NCBI GenBank assembly: GCA_004764695.1
Contig: SMSO01000004.1
Coordinates: 2,108,001-2,172,000, forward strand
DNA from: Schizochytrium sp. TIO01
Taxonomy: Eukaryota; Protista; Bigyra: Labyrinthulomycetes
Length of the DNA: 64,000 nt
Direction: 5' to 3'
Position numbers and translations under genes: made by a program. The notes under the pieces are model-generated. The model did no database searches. It saw only the letters and a program-made list of their open reading frames with translations, and was not told the origin of the DNA. Positions 1 to 12,100 of this stretch are shown here, piece after piece. Each line of letters opens with the position of its first letter. Within the stretch, counting starts at the first letter, position 1.

Positions 1-982
1 AGACGAATGTCTGAAACTTTGAAGTCTTTCCAAATTATCTAGGTTTTAACGGCCGTCCCGCAGACTTGGGGGACAGGTATTTGGAATTGTGTCCGGACAG
101 AACCTTCGAGTTTTCTGGAAGTTACTTGATGCGATGCCCAATCGGGGGATGGTAGCTACAGCACGAGGACAAAATGTGATGAAGCGGGATGTCGATTATT
201 GAGATTACCGGTTCGTGAGATGGTTACAAGAAAACAATCGACTTCCTGTCGACCTTACCCCACACGCCTTCGAGCAGCGACATCCAAGTCTCGAGCTCGT
301 TGATTCGCCAATCTATTTGTCTATTTCTTTAATAGACATGTGATACTACTCAAGCCGCTCATTTCCTTTCTCTGATTCTTCATATCTTGCAATTGCAAAG
401 CTGATAAAGTTGATAGTGTAACACGCCATGAGTAAAATTTACGACACTTATGACCATAATCCCTGGGGTGCTCGTTCGAGTTACATGGTGCATAATGCTT
501 CAAGCAACCTTTCCTTCACGCAGCCCTCTTTACCAATTATGAACTATGTCCCAAACTATGTTTCCTTCAATACACTCCTTTTGGCTGTAGGCAATATGTG
601 AAGCATGGGACCATATAAGGTTTGGGGGTTAGTACTCCATCCCATCTTTGCATAGTGGTCCATCATTGGTTCATTTTAGATTGAAAGTAAACTTTCGCCT
701 CTGAATAATCCAAGCTTGCATGTGCATCACACCACAATCAATTGTTGTACATTGACAAAGCTTGCCTCAGCCTTATTCAAATCGATTCTAGCTTCATTCT
801 CCATCGCATCATGAAACAAGATTTAGTTATTGATATATATAAATATATATATATATATATAAACATCTGATTATGTGAAACTTCACGCTTGCAGCATCTT
901 AGCATTTCATCCTTACAAGTGCGAGCCTCAACTCAATGAACGCAACCTCTAAATCACCAAATAACTTTGATCCGGGGCAGCG

Positions 983-1420
983 ATGCAAATACAAGGTTTA
1001 ATACGGTGTGTCACTCCCAAGTGCGGTGCCTACCTGAAGGTCTTTCGCCTGAACGAGCTCAGGGTAAGCCAGGTGCTTCTTGGCATTTTTATTTTCATCC
1101 AAGCTCAATTTACTCACATGTTCATGATTGTGTTTCTCTGCTGTACGCTCGTCTATATCATTATTTGCATTGGGCAGCAGGTTTGGGTCTTAAATCAAGC
1201 GATGTTTATCTATGTCATAGAATTTGGGTTCTTGATGTCTGCCTGCCTCTGTGTCATCACTGAGCTTTATATACTCTGGGAAATATTCAGTCTGCTCGTT
1301 CAGGCAGATTCTCTTATCGAATCCGCCGCGACTTTTAGGGAGTTGATGCCATTGTCACAAGCTGTGCTCGTGGCACAGGGGAGACTGAGGGGAGAGTATG
1401 CCGTGGCTTCAAGACCCTAG
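983..1420 (+). other. Hydrophobic ORF (CxxxxC plus 2-3 predicted TM segments), possibly a decayed gene
   Basis: 145-aa ORF with long hydrophobic stretches. An in-frame His/Cys segment upstream (869-949) is separated from it by three stops. Confidence 0.25.
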
Positions 1421-1755
1421 CTCTATGTGCAGTTTCTCCTTACCTATGGTTCTGCGAGGGGCTGGATTATGCCATTGACTAGGCGGCAATTATTCAAGAG
1501 GATTACCGCCAGCGCATCGAGCAACACGAGCGCAACATGCGCTGGCATATGCATGAATGATAATAATGCTGATCGCAAAAACAAAAACAAAGAAGAAGAA
1601 GAAAATCAACTAAACAAATATATAAAATTTGGCTTATTTTTAGTAAAGACTACGCGCCATGGTGTTTCTAATGTTCACTGCAGATTTAGGAAAAAATAGG
1701 GTGAACAGTGGAGATCTTGATGAAAATGGCTTTCCTCATGGCAACGGCGTGATAA

Positions 1756-2463
1756 CTATGATGAAACTCTATCAATAACCACACATGCCTGGTAAACAGT
1801 GCTGCGCATCTCAAAGAAATTATCCTTGCCCCGCAAACTGATACGATCCATGTAGGCTAATGGCTGTTCAGCATAGTAGAGCTTTTCGTAGCCCATTTGC
1901 ACAAGCCAGAAGTCAGCCACGTAGCGGATGTACTCAGCCATATCTTCGTCGTTGAGCCCAATTAAACTCACAGGGAGCGCCTCTGTCAGAAAACGAATTT
2001 CGGTGTCAACTGCCGACTTAAATATTCGATGGACATGCTCTTGAGAGAGACGGCGCTTGACTAATTTGTAAACCTCAATGGCAAAACGAACATGTAGTGT
2101 CTCGTCTGCGCAGATGAAAGTATTCGCTTGCAAGAGTCCTTTGAGGACGTTCTTGCTACGGAAATAGAAAATAGCCGCAAATGAGCCCGCGAACATGACA
2201 CCCTCAACGCAGATGAATCCGATAAGCCGTTCCGCGAAGTCTGCCGTGGCTGGGTCTGAAAACTGTAGCGCCCAGTTGGTTTTTTCAGCAATCACAGGCA
2301 TTCGCTTCACAGCGTTGAAAACCTCTTTCTTTTCCTCGAGGTCATCGAAGTATTCATCGATGATCATGGAGTAAGTCTGAGCATGCATGACCTCGTTGAA
2401 GTTCTGCCAAGCATAGAATTCAATCAATGCGTATACTCCATCTATGTATGGATGGATCTGCAT
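1756..2463 (-). pseudogene. Ribonucleotide reductase class Ia small subunit (R2), 5'-truncated, divergent
   Basis: R2 motifs: FYAWQNFNEVMHAQTYS (ExxH plus radical Tyr), VEGVMFAGSFAAIF, DETLH, KDNFFE..Y. The N-terminal ~100 aa, including the first iron ligand, is missing from this ORF. Confidence 0.9.
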
Positions 2464-2584
2464 GGCGCGAGCCTGCCGCAGCGCTTTTCTAATGCATGTG
2501 GAGCACGGACTAACATCGATACCTGGATAGGTGTTCTACTATTTACTTTTCGAGGTTGAAGAATTTGACGACACCACAGGAGAA

Positions 2585-2735
2585 GTTTTCAAGAAGCCAA
2601 ACCAAGACCTTTGGATGCGATGGCAAAAAGCGGATGCGCTAGAGGAAAGTGAGCATGCTGGTAGGCAGCCGCATCGAGAGGTTAGAAGGTTAAGGTCACA
2701 GAGGAGAAACCTACCCTCTCATGGGTAGCGCAGGC
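2585..2735 (+). pseudogene. Inverted, frameshifted N-terminal fragment of the same R2 gene
   Basis: FKKPNQDLWMRWQKADAL aligns without gaps to the R2 consensus FPIQYHDIWQMYKKAEAS. EEVSM and EEKPTLSWVA follow in shifted frames (cf. EEVDL; ERxFIxxVLA). Confidence 0.55.
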
Positions 2736-3109
2736 ATAAGGGATTCCTGGGACACAATTCAGGAACATTTTTCGATTTGAAGGGGTGAACTTGACGAATG
2801 CAATATTCCTTTTGCCATGGAATCGTACTACTTAACTGTAAATACATGTTAAGAAAGAGAGTCGATGTTGCAGGTACCCCAGCAAAATTCATACCAGTTG
2901 ATATGGTACTAAAAGGTTCATTTGTATCATCTTCTCAGGAGCACATCGAAGGTGCCTATTGAAATGATGAAAAGAAAGATTTGAAAATGACCTTTGTCAA
3001 AGTTGAGGTTTTGAGGAATCTGCGAACTTGAATTTGGAGCTAAAACTGCGACAAACTCAGACCGGCGGGCGGCTAGAGGCCCTACGGAGGGCCGAGGGCG
3101 GCAGGGAGG

Positions 3110-6100
3110 ATGCTGGGCCTCGACTCCGTGCTGCTTAGGGTACTGGAGGTGTACTTTGGGGAGTTCTTGGAGAGCATCAACAAGGAGCAGCTCAAGGTTG
3201 GCGTGCTCAAAGGCCGCGTGGTCTTGCGGAATTTGAGGCTGCGCAAAGGCATCCGCATACTGCCGGGAGACGTCCCGGTAGTAACAAGAGATGGAAGCAT
3301 CGCAGAGCTCTCACTGAAGGTACCGTGGGCCAAGCTTGGCAGCGAAGCTGTTGTACTTCGAGTGGCGGGAATTCGCATCGAGCTGGAGCCGTGCGCAGAA
3401 GACCCAGGACGAGATGCAGCGGCAAGGAAAAGAGCGCAAGAACGCAAACTGGGAAGGCTTGAGGCAGCAGAGATCGTGGCGCTTCAGCTCGAAGCAAGCA
3501 ATACTGAATTGGAACAGCAGCAGAGCCAACAAAATCAACAGCACAATCAAGAGATTCAACTTCAAGATACAGAATATCCATCGCCAACAATAGAGTCATT
3601 GGGGTCTAGGACGAAGAGTGCCACTAAAGATTCAAATAATGATGACGAAGACGGAAGCGATGGTCGGGATACAGATCCGGGTTTCCAAAACGAGGATGAG
3701 GACACAGATAAAGAAGACAATGGCAATGAGCAAGCTAGCGACACTAGCTCGAGCGTGGCAGAGATTGCACATGTCAATATTAACGAAGCACGAATGCCGA
3801 CAACAACAGCAAATGATGCATCTGCCGTCATCCCGGAGGCCTTGGGAGTAAGGGCACAGAAACTAGTGGAGCAGGAAGATGCACTCCACGGTAGTAGTCA
3901 GCCGCAGAAGGCGCTAGGGAGTAGGTCACGATTGTTTTTTCGACGTAAATCAACCACATCATCACATGAGGGAGGAAACGAGGACCAACACGCGAAATCG
4001 AAAGAGGGGAGCAGGAAACACAAAAAGAAGACTTTCCGCGCCAAACTTCTGCAGCGCATATTTGCTAACTTGCAGGTTCACATCGAAGACCTACATGTGG
4101 CATATATCGACGAAGTCACGGTCCCGGCCCCCGGTGAGCGATGCGAATTTCGTGTTCAAGAATTGCACCTTGGGACAGTTGATGCTCACGGAAGACCAAC
4201 TTTCCATACTCCGGGAAGCAGCCAAGGTATCCTAGGTGAGATTGTGTCTCGTGCGTTGTACGCTAAATCAGTGTCATTTCATGTGCAGAATAATGTCATC
4301 TTTGGCCCCTGTGACTGGTCAGTACATATACTACAATGTAAAGACGAGGTTGCTTCAGCCCGCCTTGGTGCCAAAATAAGCGCCAAGGTACAAGTGGAAA
4401 GCTTGCCATGTTCTGTATCTGCACCAAACGTCCAATCTCTTCTTTCCTTGGCACGCCCCTTCACTGCGCGTCAAGAAGTTCTTTTCTTGCTTGCCAAGCG
4501 CCAGGCTCGTCCTACACAAACACCAAAACAGAATCCTCGAGCGTGGTGGACATATGCTTGTTCTATGGTCCGGTCAGCACTACCAGCGCAACCGAAAAAA
4601 TTTAATGTTGTGCATGCATTCAAGTGCCGCTCGCTGTACATTACACTATATCAAGAGAAACTTGAGTTTCTGGAATCCGAACGAACAGTGCCTGCAGAAT
4701 TGTCACAGGAGCTTCAGGTTCTTGAACTTGAACTCGACGCTGATAGCGTTCTACTGTTCCGACTTTTCGCTCTTCGCGAACGCCACCTTAGCCTTAAAGT
4801 CGGAGGTGAAGATTCATTTAGCGAACCTAGTCCTCGCGAGAATAGCAACCCCTCGACACTGCAAGAGCTGGAACCCAGTCAAACTGAGATAAGCCAGGGC
4901 CAACCTGGTCCGCCTCAACTAGCGGGAGCGTCGACTGTTGCAGTAGAAAGTAGCCCAGCCCTGAACAATACTTTGCAACAAGATATCTCCAAAAAGTCAG
5001 CGAAACGTTCATTTCGTCTCAGCAGCAGTTTCAAACGAAGTCTCAAAGTTGTCACACGCAGCTTGTCGAAGTCCAGCTCTAAGAAAGGCTTTGATACAAC
5101 TCCTTCGCCACGAGAAGCCCTCGAGCGGGAACAATACAACACTCACGAATTTTATGGCCATGATCATCGAGCCAAAAGCAAAAATTTCGCTTCTAAAGGC
5201 GTCTTTGTATGGCCAACATGTGCACAACAAATATTATATGAAGAAATCACGTCGGACTCATTGAATGATCCAAGTTTTGCAGCATTTAGAACTGGCTGGG
5301 TTAGAAAAGGGGTCTCCGCTAATTCTATCAAAGACCTACAAGCTCTGCTTCGTATTGGTCACTTTCAAATTGAGCTCTTCGAAGATGTCCTGCGCGAGCA
5401 ACCTTGTACAGTGCTAACGGGTGCGTCTCTCAACCTTGAAGCATCAACAAGTAGCGAGACAATGTCAAAACAGATAAGCTTTGGCCTGAGTCAGTTCCAT
5501 ATTATGTCAAGCTGGGATGGAGGCATGTGTTTGCAATTAGATCACCTACACGATCTTGACGACTTTCATGCATATTGTGATGATACATTTGCGCGCATTG
5601 CAGCTATCCAAAGTGAGGCGAATCACCATGTACAGGCGAAATCAAAATCATCACGCAGACGCAGTAGCCATAGGCGGCTCTCGGGCGGTTCTCTGCAGTC
5701 CATTCTGCGTGCGGCAACCGGTGGGGGCGGGGGGGGTTACCCCAGCAGTGGACCCGAGGGATTTGGTGGGGCCATGTCTTCTGGCTCATTTTACGCTTCT
5801 GCACAAGACTCGTCCGATGAACCACCTTCACCACCTTCCGGAGACACTCTGTTCGGAGCAGCGATTGATCCTCTGCCTGCATTTGGTACATCCTTTTCCT
5901 CTGCAAAATCTCTCATGACATTTTATCAAAGTCCTGAGAAGGTGAAAGGCGAGGTCCGGATCCCTCATACGCAGTTCCATGTACAAGCTCAACTCATGGA
6001 ATGGTTACGCAAAGCCCTTACTGCCCCACATGATACAGACCAAACCAGGGCGCTCATGCGCGCCGCCACGAAGCGCGTTCGTGCAAACACAAACGCTGGT

Positions 6101-9100
6101 ACACAGAGCTCAAGTTTGCGTGCTCCGTCCAAAGAAATAAGTCTTGACTTGGACATTCCTCATCTCAAGATTTTATTTTATTCTTTAGATGTTAATAAAC
6201 ATGCTATGCAAACATCGCTGACAAAAGGGAACACTCCCTCGTGGATTGTTATGGTGCTTCTGCAAGGCTTGAAAATTCAATCTGAAAACAAACAGCAAAC
6301 TCTGGTAGATGGATCCGAGGAAATTGAGACACCAACACCGGTAAGCCCGGGTACCTCAGGATTGTCACCACATCAAATGAACCTCAGTAGCTTCCAAATT
6401 TTTACAAATGGCACTACCAATCACCAAACCGTTTTGCTTCAAATTAAAAACCTCCATGTTCCTATGGATCAAGCTACAGGCATATCCTTTACCTTCGAGC
6501 ACCCGCATGTGGTGCTTTCTCCAACATCAATTAAAGCTATTGACTCTGTGCGCCAAATTCTGATGGGAACTGGTGGATCTTCAAAGCACCACGCACATGC
6601 CCAAGACTTTACCCCGGATCAAAAGCAAACGATGTATAGCAAAACGGACATGAGGAATGACTGGCCTGTGAAGGTAAATATTGGGTCCTTCTCGTTCAAA
6701 CTGGAGGACGAAAAGCATGAATGTTTAATTGACTTCTCAATGGACGACTTCTATTTCGAGTGGTGCTCCAAATCCAAGAACATTTCAGTCTCTATCGCCA
6801 ATGCAGCTTTGCTCGATGTCCAGGCCAATGGGGATGGTGAGTTCGCAACCATTTTGCATCTTCCTGAAGGCTGTCACTTGAAGTACACAACATCTCCAAA
6901 ACTTCTAGACTTTGACTGCTTACGTCTTTTCCTTGCGTGGAACCACACTTTGCCTGGCCGACTTGTCCAGTTCCGGGACCAAGCTCTTGCAGGGCGCGAG
7001 GAAACAAAGATGCTCCAGTCGTCTGCTCCTGAACTCACACATGTGGAACAAAAAGATAGTTTGGAAAATGATTGGAAGGATGACGAGCGAAAGTCTTTAA
7101 AATCCAGCAAGACCTCCCTTGGCTTGAATATCGGAATCCAAGAACTTATTGTGGAACTTCGCGAGGAAGCTTTGGAGCGTGGACTTTTACGCCTGACAGG
7201 GCAAACAATCATACAGCGTGACCCAGGCCAGAAAGTCATGCACATCATCATTCCCCAGCCGCACTTGCAGTCAGCAATGCAGCCAGAGAATCTTGAGGTT
7301 GATCTGTGGAGACCTTATCGGCCTGAGGGTTCAGTTGACATGAGTGATAGCGATTATACTGGCGTTATTGAGTGTTTCATTTGGGCACCAGAGGGTTCTC
7401 GCATCCACATTCGAAATATCGAAATTATGCACTTCCATGCTGAGTTCAAGGAGCTCGTTGATTATGTAGAATATGGTCTTTCCAAACCACTCAATCAATT
7501 GAAATTTCTACGCCACAAGCAAGCGAGAGTCGAATCCATAGGACACAGCTCCAGAAAAGCTAAAAGTCATCACAAAGCAGGGCAACCTAAACCTCCGTTC
7601 TCTATTATATTTCACAATTGTGTTATGACTCTTTCTGCATCCCGCTGTGTAGAACAGTACGCTGAGAAAAGAGCTCAGTTAGAACTGCGTTCGTCGAGCT
7701 GTGCTTTCGTGCTTGACCGAACTCAAAGTCCTACACAAATTTTTGATATTACAATGGAAGATTTTGGTATGGGGACAATGGATCTCAGCGAAGGAGGTCA
7801 GTTTGACGCCATTTTAGCAAAAGATATGCACCGAACTGTCAAATGCCGCTGGACAAGATCAAAGTTCACTGATGAAGAAGCCAAATTTAGGCGCATGCTT
7901 TTTGTAAAGGGAATCGATGGTATACGCTCTTGGTTTGGAAATCCGTCAGGTCAAGGGTTTCGAAATCACCTCATGTGGGATCTTGGCACGGATCCGTTAG
8001 TTCTCAATCTTTCACATCGTCAATACTGTTTGTTCAATATTGTACTGAGTGAAAATTTTACCGATTGGCGTAGCCAACCCCATGTATGTAACAACCTTGA
8101 TTCGAAGGTAGCCTCCACGTGTTTCTGTAAGCATTTAGCAACGGAGGAGCAAATTTTGGAAACGCAGCATACATACCGGTTTCCTCCCTCAACGGAGTTC
8201 CATTTACGCTATACTGACTCCCTTTTCTACGTTTACAGCATACGCCTGCAAAATCTTACCTATCAAATTACAGATCATCTTCGATACGGTCGTCATACGA
8301 AATTTGACATGGCAAGTCTAACCATTTTTCTGCGCCGTGCTGAGGCTAACGCCCCATTTTTTGAGCTGCTAAAGCTTCCGGGCACTATTGTCAATATTGA
8401 AAGGGACAAGTCACGCGAAACGTCCATGACTGTTGAAGTTACTGACAAGGTTTTTGCTGTAGCTGACCGCGGAGGGCTTCAACAACTTTTCTTTTTCTTC
8501 GAAGGCGATCAAGCTGAACGTCAGCGGCTAGGGATTCCTGTTGAATATGGATTTGATCCTTTGATACATCGTCGAGCCAAGAACACTTCCCGGTTTTTTA
8601 ATTTGCCAAATTTGAAGCTTCGTTTGTGTACTGAGGAGGATCCCTACGCTATGCTTCTCGAAGCAAGCTTGCAAACACGGACAGGCAAGACGGCTCAGCA
8701 ACTGCGCTCTACGGAGATCACTTTCATAGTACAGAGTGGGCACTTTCCTGTGATGAAATGTTGGAATTTACTCGAAAGCCCTGTCAAAATACATTTTCAT
8801 GCAACTAAAATAGCGGAGGGTGATCAATTTCAGCGGCGAATTAATGTTAGTGTGAGCGAGATACAGCTCTTACTACCTCTTCATGCCCTGCACATGCTAA
8901 AGACTACCTGGGGAGACTGGGCAAAGAACATCTATACTGCTGGAATGGGCCAGCTCCGCATTACAAAACGAAGTCACTATCAACGACATGCGATTCCGCA
9001 CACCTTGGCACAAGGTGTATTTCAACTAGATGGATTGCAAGTTCTTACTGTTGACGATTCGAACCCTGAAGCAGGAGCTTCACCGCTGGTAGCGATTGTT

Positions 9101-12100
9101 TCAAGCCCTATGGTCATACGTGAAGTCGTGGAGACGCTTGCTGTCTCAGGACGCCGTATAGCCACTTACGAGGGCGACTTCACCGACGTGGTTGCATCTG
9201 GAAACTCAATTATCAATGACCACTTATGGTGCAACAGCAAAGTGCGTCAGGGTATTACATTGGCTTATTACAATTTATCCATTGCGAAATGGGAGCCTCT
9301 TGTAGAGCCGTGGTCGTGGGAGTGGACACTACAGCGCACGAGCAATGCTGTACAAAAAGTACCAACAGTCATTGCATTTCAGCTCCAAGGACCCAAGTTT
9401 CTGCTGGCAAATATCTCATTGCAAGCATTGCGGTCTTTGTTCTGGCTAATGGCATGTGCAAAGAATCCGAAGTTCACCGAAAAGTTCTATCAGTTAGGAA
9501 GCACAAGTGACGGCCGTGTACTCTCGCAACATGCTTTGACAATTGAAAACCAATCAGGTATGACAATGATTGTTCAAGGTCAAGACGCAAGGGGCGTCCG
9601 GCGCGTCAAGGACCGCGAAACTATTTCTATCGATCATGAAGTGCATCGATTATCTTTGGACTGGATAGAGAGTGAATCTGATCTTTCTCCATGGTACTGT
9701 CTTGAAGGTATCCCAGTCCGTACCGTGGGTGCCTTCGTATTTATCTTGTATCCACGAGAGCAGCCTGAAGATCATGCTGGCGATCAGGAGAGCTCAATGG
9801 CAACACGAGTTTGTATTGACGTGCGTGCCCAGGGCGCACGCATGCACGTGCGTGTCTCTTCAGTATTTGAGATTCGCAACGAAAGTGTCTACAGCATGGA
9901 CTTGTTGCTTGTCCCTACCATGGACCCGATCACTCAACATCAGAGTAACCGCTCAGCACGTTTGATTGAAGGCTTGCAACCAGGAAAAGGTATGCATATT
10001 CCCATTAATGCCTCCATGTGCACTCTGACACTTAAGCCACAGCGAGGCGCATTGGATTGGTGGGAGGGCATTGAGCTAGGCACAGTCGAAGCACTTACTG
10101 GAAAAGCAAAACGTTCTTACTATACAGAAGTACGATGTGAAGAGCTTCAAGACCTTTCTTCCCCTTCGGGATCACAGGATCCATCTACTTCTGCATCAAC
10201 ATCAACTGGCGTCTTTGCGGCGTGCCTGGCGATCAAGCCATGGCAGTCCTCTAATCGAATCAGACAGCGTCATCTTTACACAATGACGTTGACTTCGAAT
10301 GTAACAGTTGTAAACCTTCTCTCAGTAGATTTACAATTCGCAATACAGGGGGGTGAGGCAGTAACCCCGGACCGAATTCAAATTGAATCAGTTGCTGCCG
10401 GTGCACAGGGCGGGATCTATGGGTGGCCTGTGATTGCGAAAAATCGTCTGCTTCGGCTTCGAATCGACAACACCCAGTGGAGTACAACGCAGTTTAAAAT
10501 CGACGAGCCAATAACTGAACCTCAATCCGTTGTTGTCCTGGATGATAGCGGCAAGCAAGTGCGCCTGATGTACGAAATCCGCAGACCGGGAGGTTCACGT
10601 GCAATCATCTCTGTGTTTAGTAAAGCATGGTTCCTCAATCGAACAGGTCTCTCTCTTTCATTCAAGTCTGGTAATATCCATCTCCTAGAGTCAGCGACGC
10701 GCGCTCTTGAGCTTGGGGACAGGGGGCAACGCAGGCCTGCAATTCTGTCTCTTGGAAGCGTGTATAGACATGGTGAAGCTATTCATGTACGCTCATCTGC
10801 GGGCTGGCTGCCAGGAATAATTTATCAGGTCAATCAGGCCCGTAAGACATATGACATTCTATTCAACTCTGGGGAGCTAGAACTTGACGTTCCAGCTTCA
10901 CGCATTCGTGCAAGTAACACCACTGATCAAATTGGGCCAGAATCAGCACAGGATGGAATTTGGGACAATGATGCGTTGACAGATGATGGAGAAGAAGAAG
11001 AAGAAGAAGAAGAAGAAGAAGAAGAAGAAGATAAAGACAGCACTGAAGATCAAGCAGATATCCAGCGTCCTGTTGACACGATAAGAAAGAAAGCGCCGTC
11101 TTATAACAATGAAGAAAGCACCCCAAGGAGTGTTTCAAGTACAACCTCTCGAAATGGAGATGAGGATACAGCTTCTGAAGATGAATCAAATTCAGAAAGT
11201 GATGCTACTGTTGATAATGCTCGAAACCTTCAAGAGGGGCCCCTCTCCAGGTCTGGTGAAACCAATAAAATACGTGGAGAAATGAGATTGAGCACCTCAG
11301 GGCAAACAAGTCAACATTTTCAAGAAAGCAAACCATACCAAGAGCTTCTGCACGGGGAAGATAAATCAGGCTTGGGGGGTGTAATGTTGTTTTCGGAAAG
11401 CTCGACGATATCCCTCCGAATTGCACAAAGCATGTGGTCGTCTCCATTCAGTCTGGATTCTGTAGGTACTCAAGGCTCTATACAATTGCCTATTAACATG
11501 CAACGCGAGTCTATGGGCAACTCGTGGTGTCAAGAAATTGGCGTACAAGTTGGTCTGGCGCCGTCAAAGTTCAGGCGTACTAAGATTGTGACATTTGTTC
11601 CTCGCTTTCTGGTTATTAATGAATTGGACGTCGATGTTATTGTCTCGCAAAGCTCTTCTAACTCTTTAGGAACGCCCATAGAAGCAACACGACTCTCAGT
11701 AGAGTCCGGACGCGAGAAATCGTTATCTATTTTACGTAGAAAAGGCTCTGAAGCTATTTATCTTTGCATGACTGTGAAGAATTCTGCTTCAAATCAAGAA
11801 TTCACTTGGTCTGCAGCCTTCAACCCGGCTGTGGAGCGAACAACTGCGATCAAGGTGAGGAATCTATCATCAGGTCATATCTTAGTTGTTAGTTTGCAAG
11901 TAGTAGCACGTGGCGCATGTCATGTTATCCGCTTAGCTTCGGCTGACTCTTTGAGCGATGAGCTCGTATATCGCATTGAAAACGCTTCCAGTCAGCTTGT
12001 GCATTTTTTTCAAGATGTTGGGCAACCAGTACTGGATGAGCAAGGTGCAGCATACTATGCTGCTGCACGGCTAGAACAAGAATCTGCCCAAGCTGCAGCT

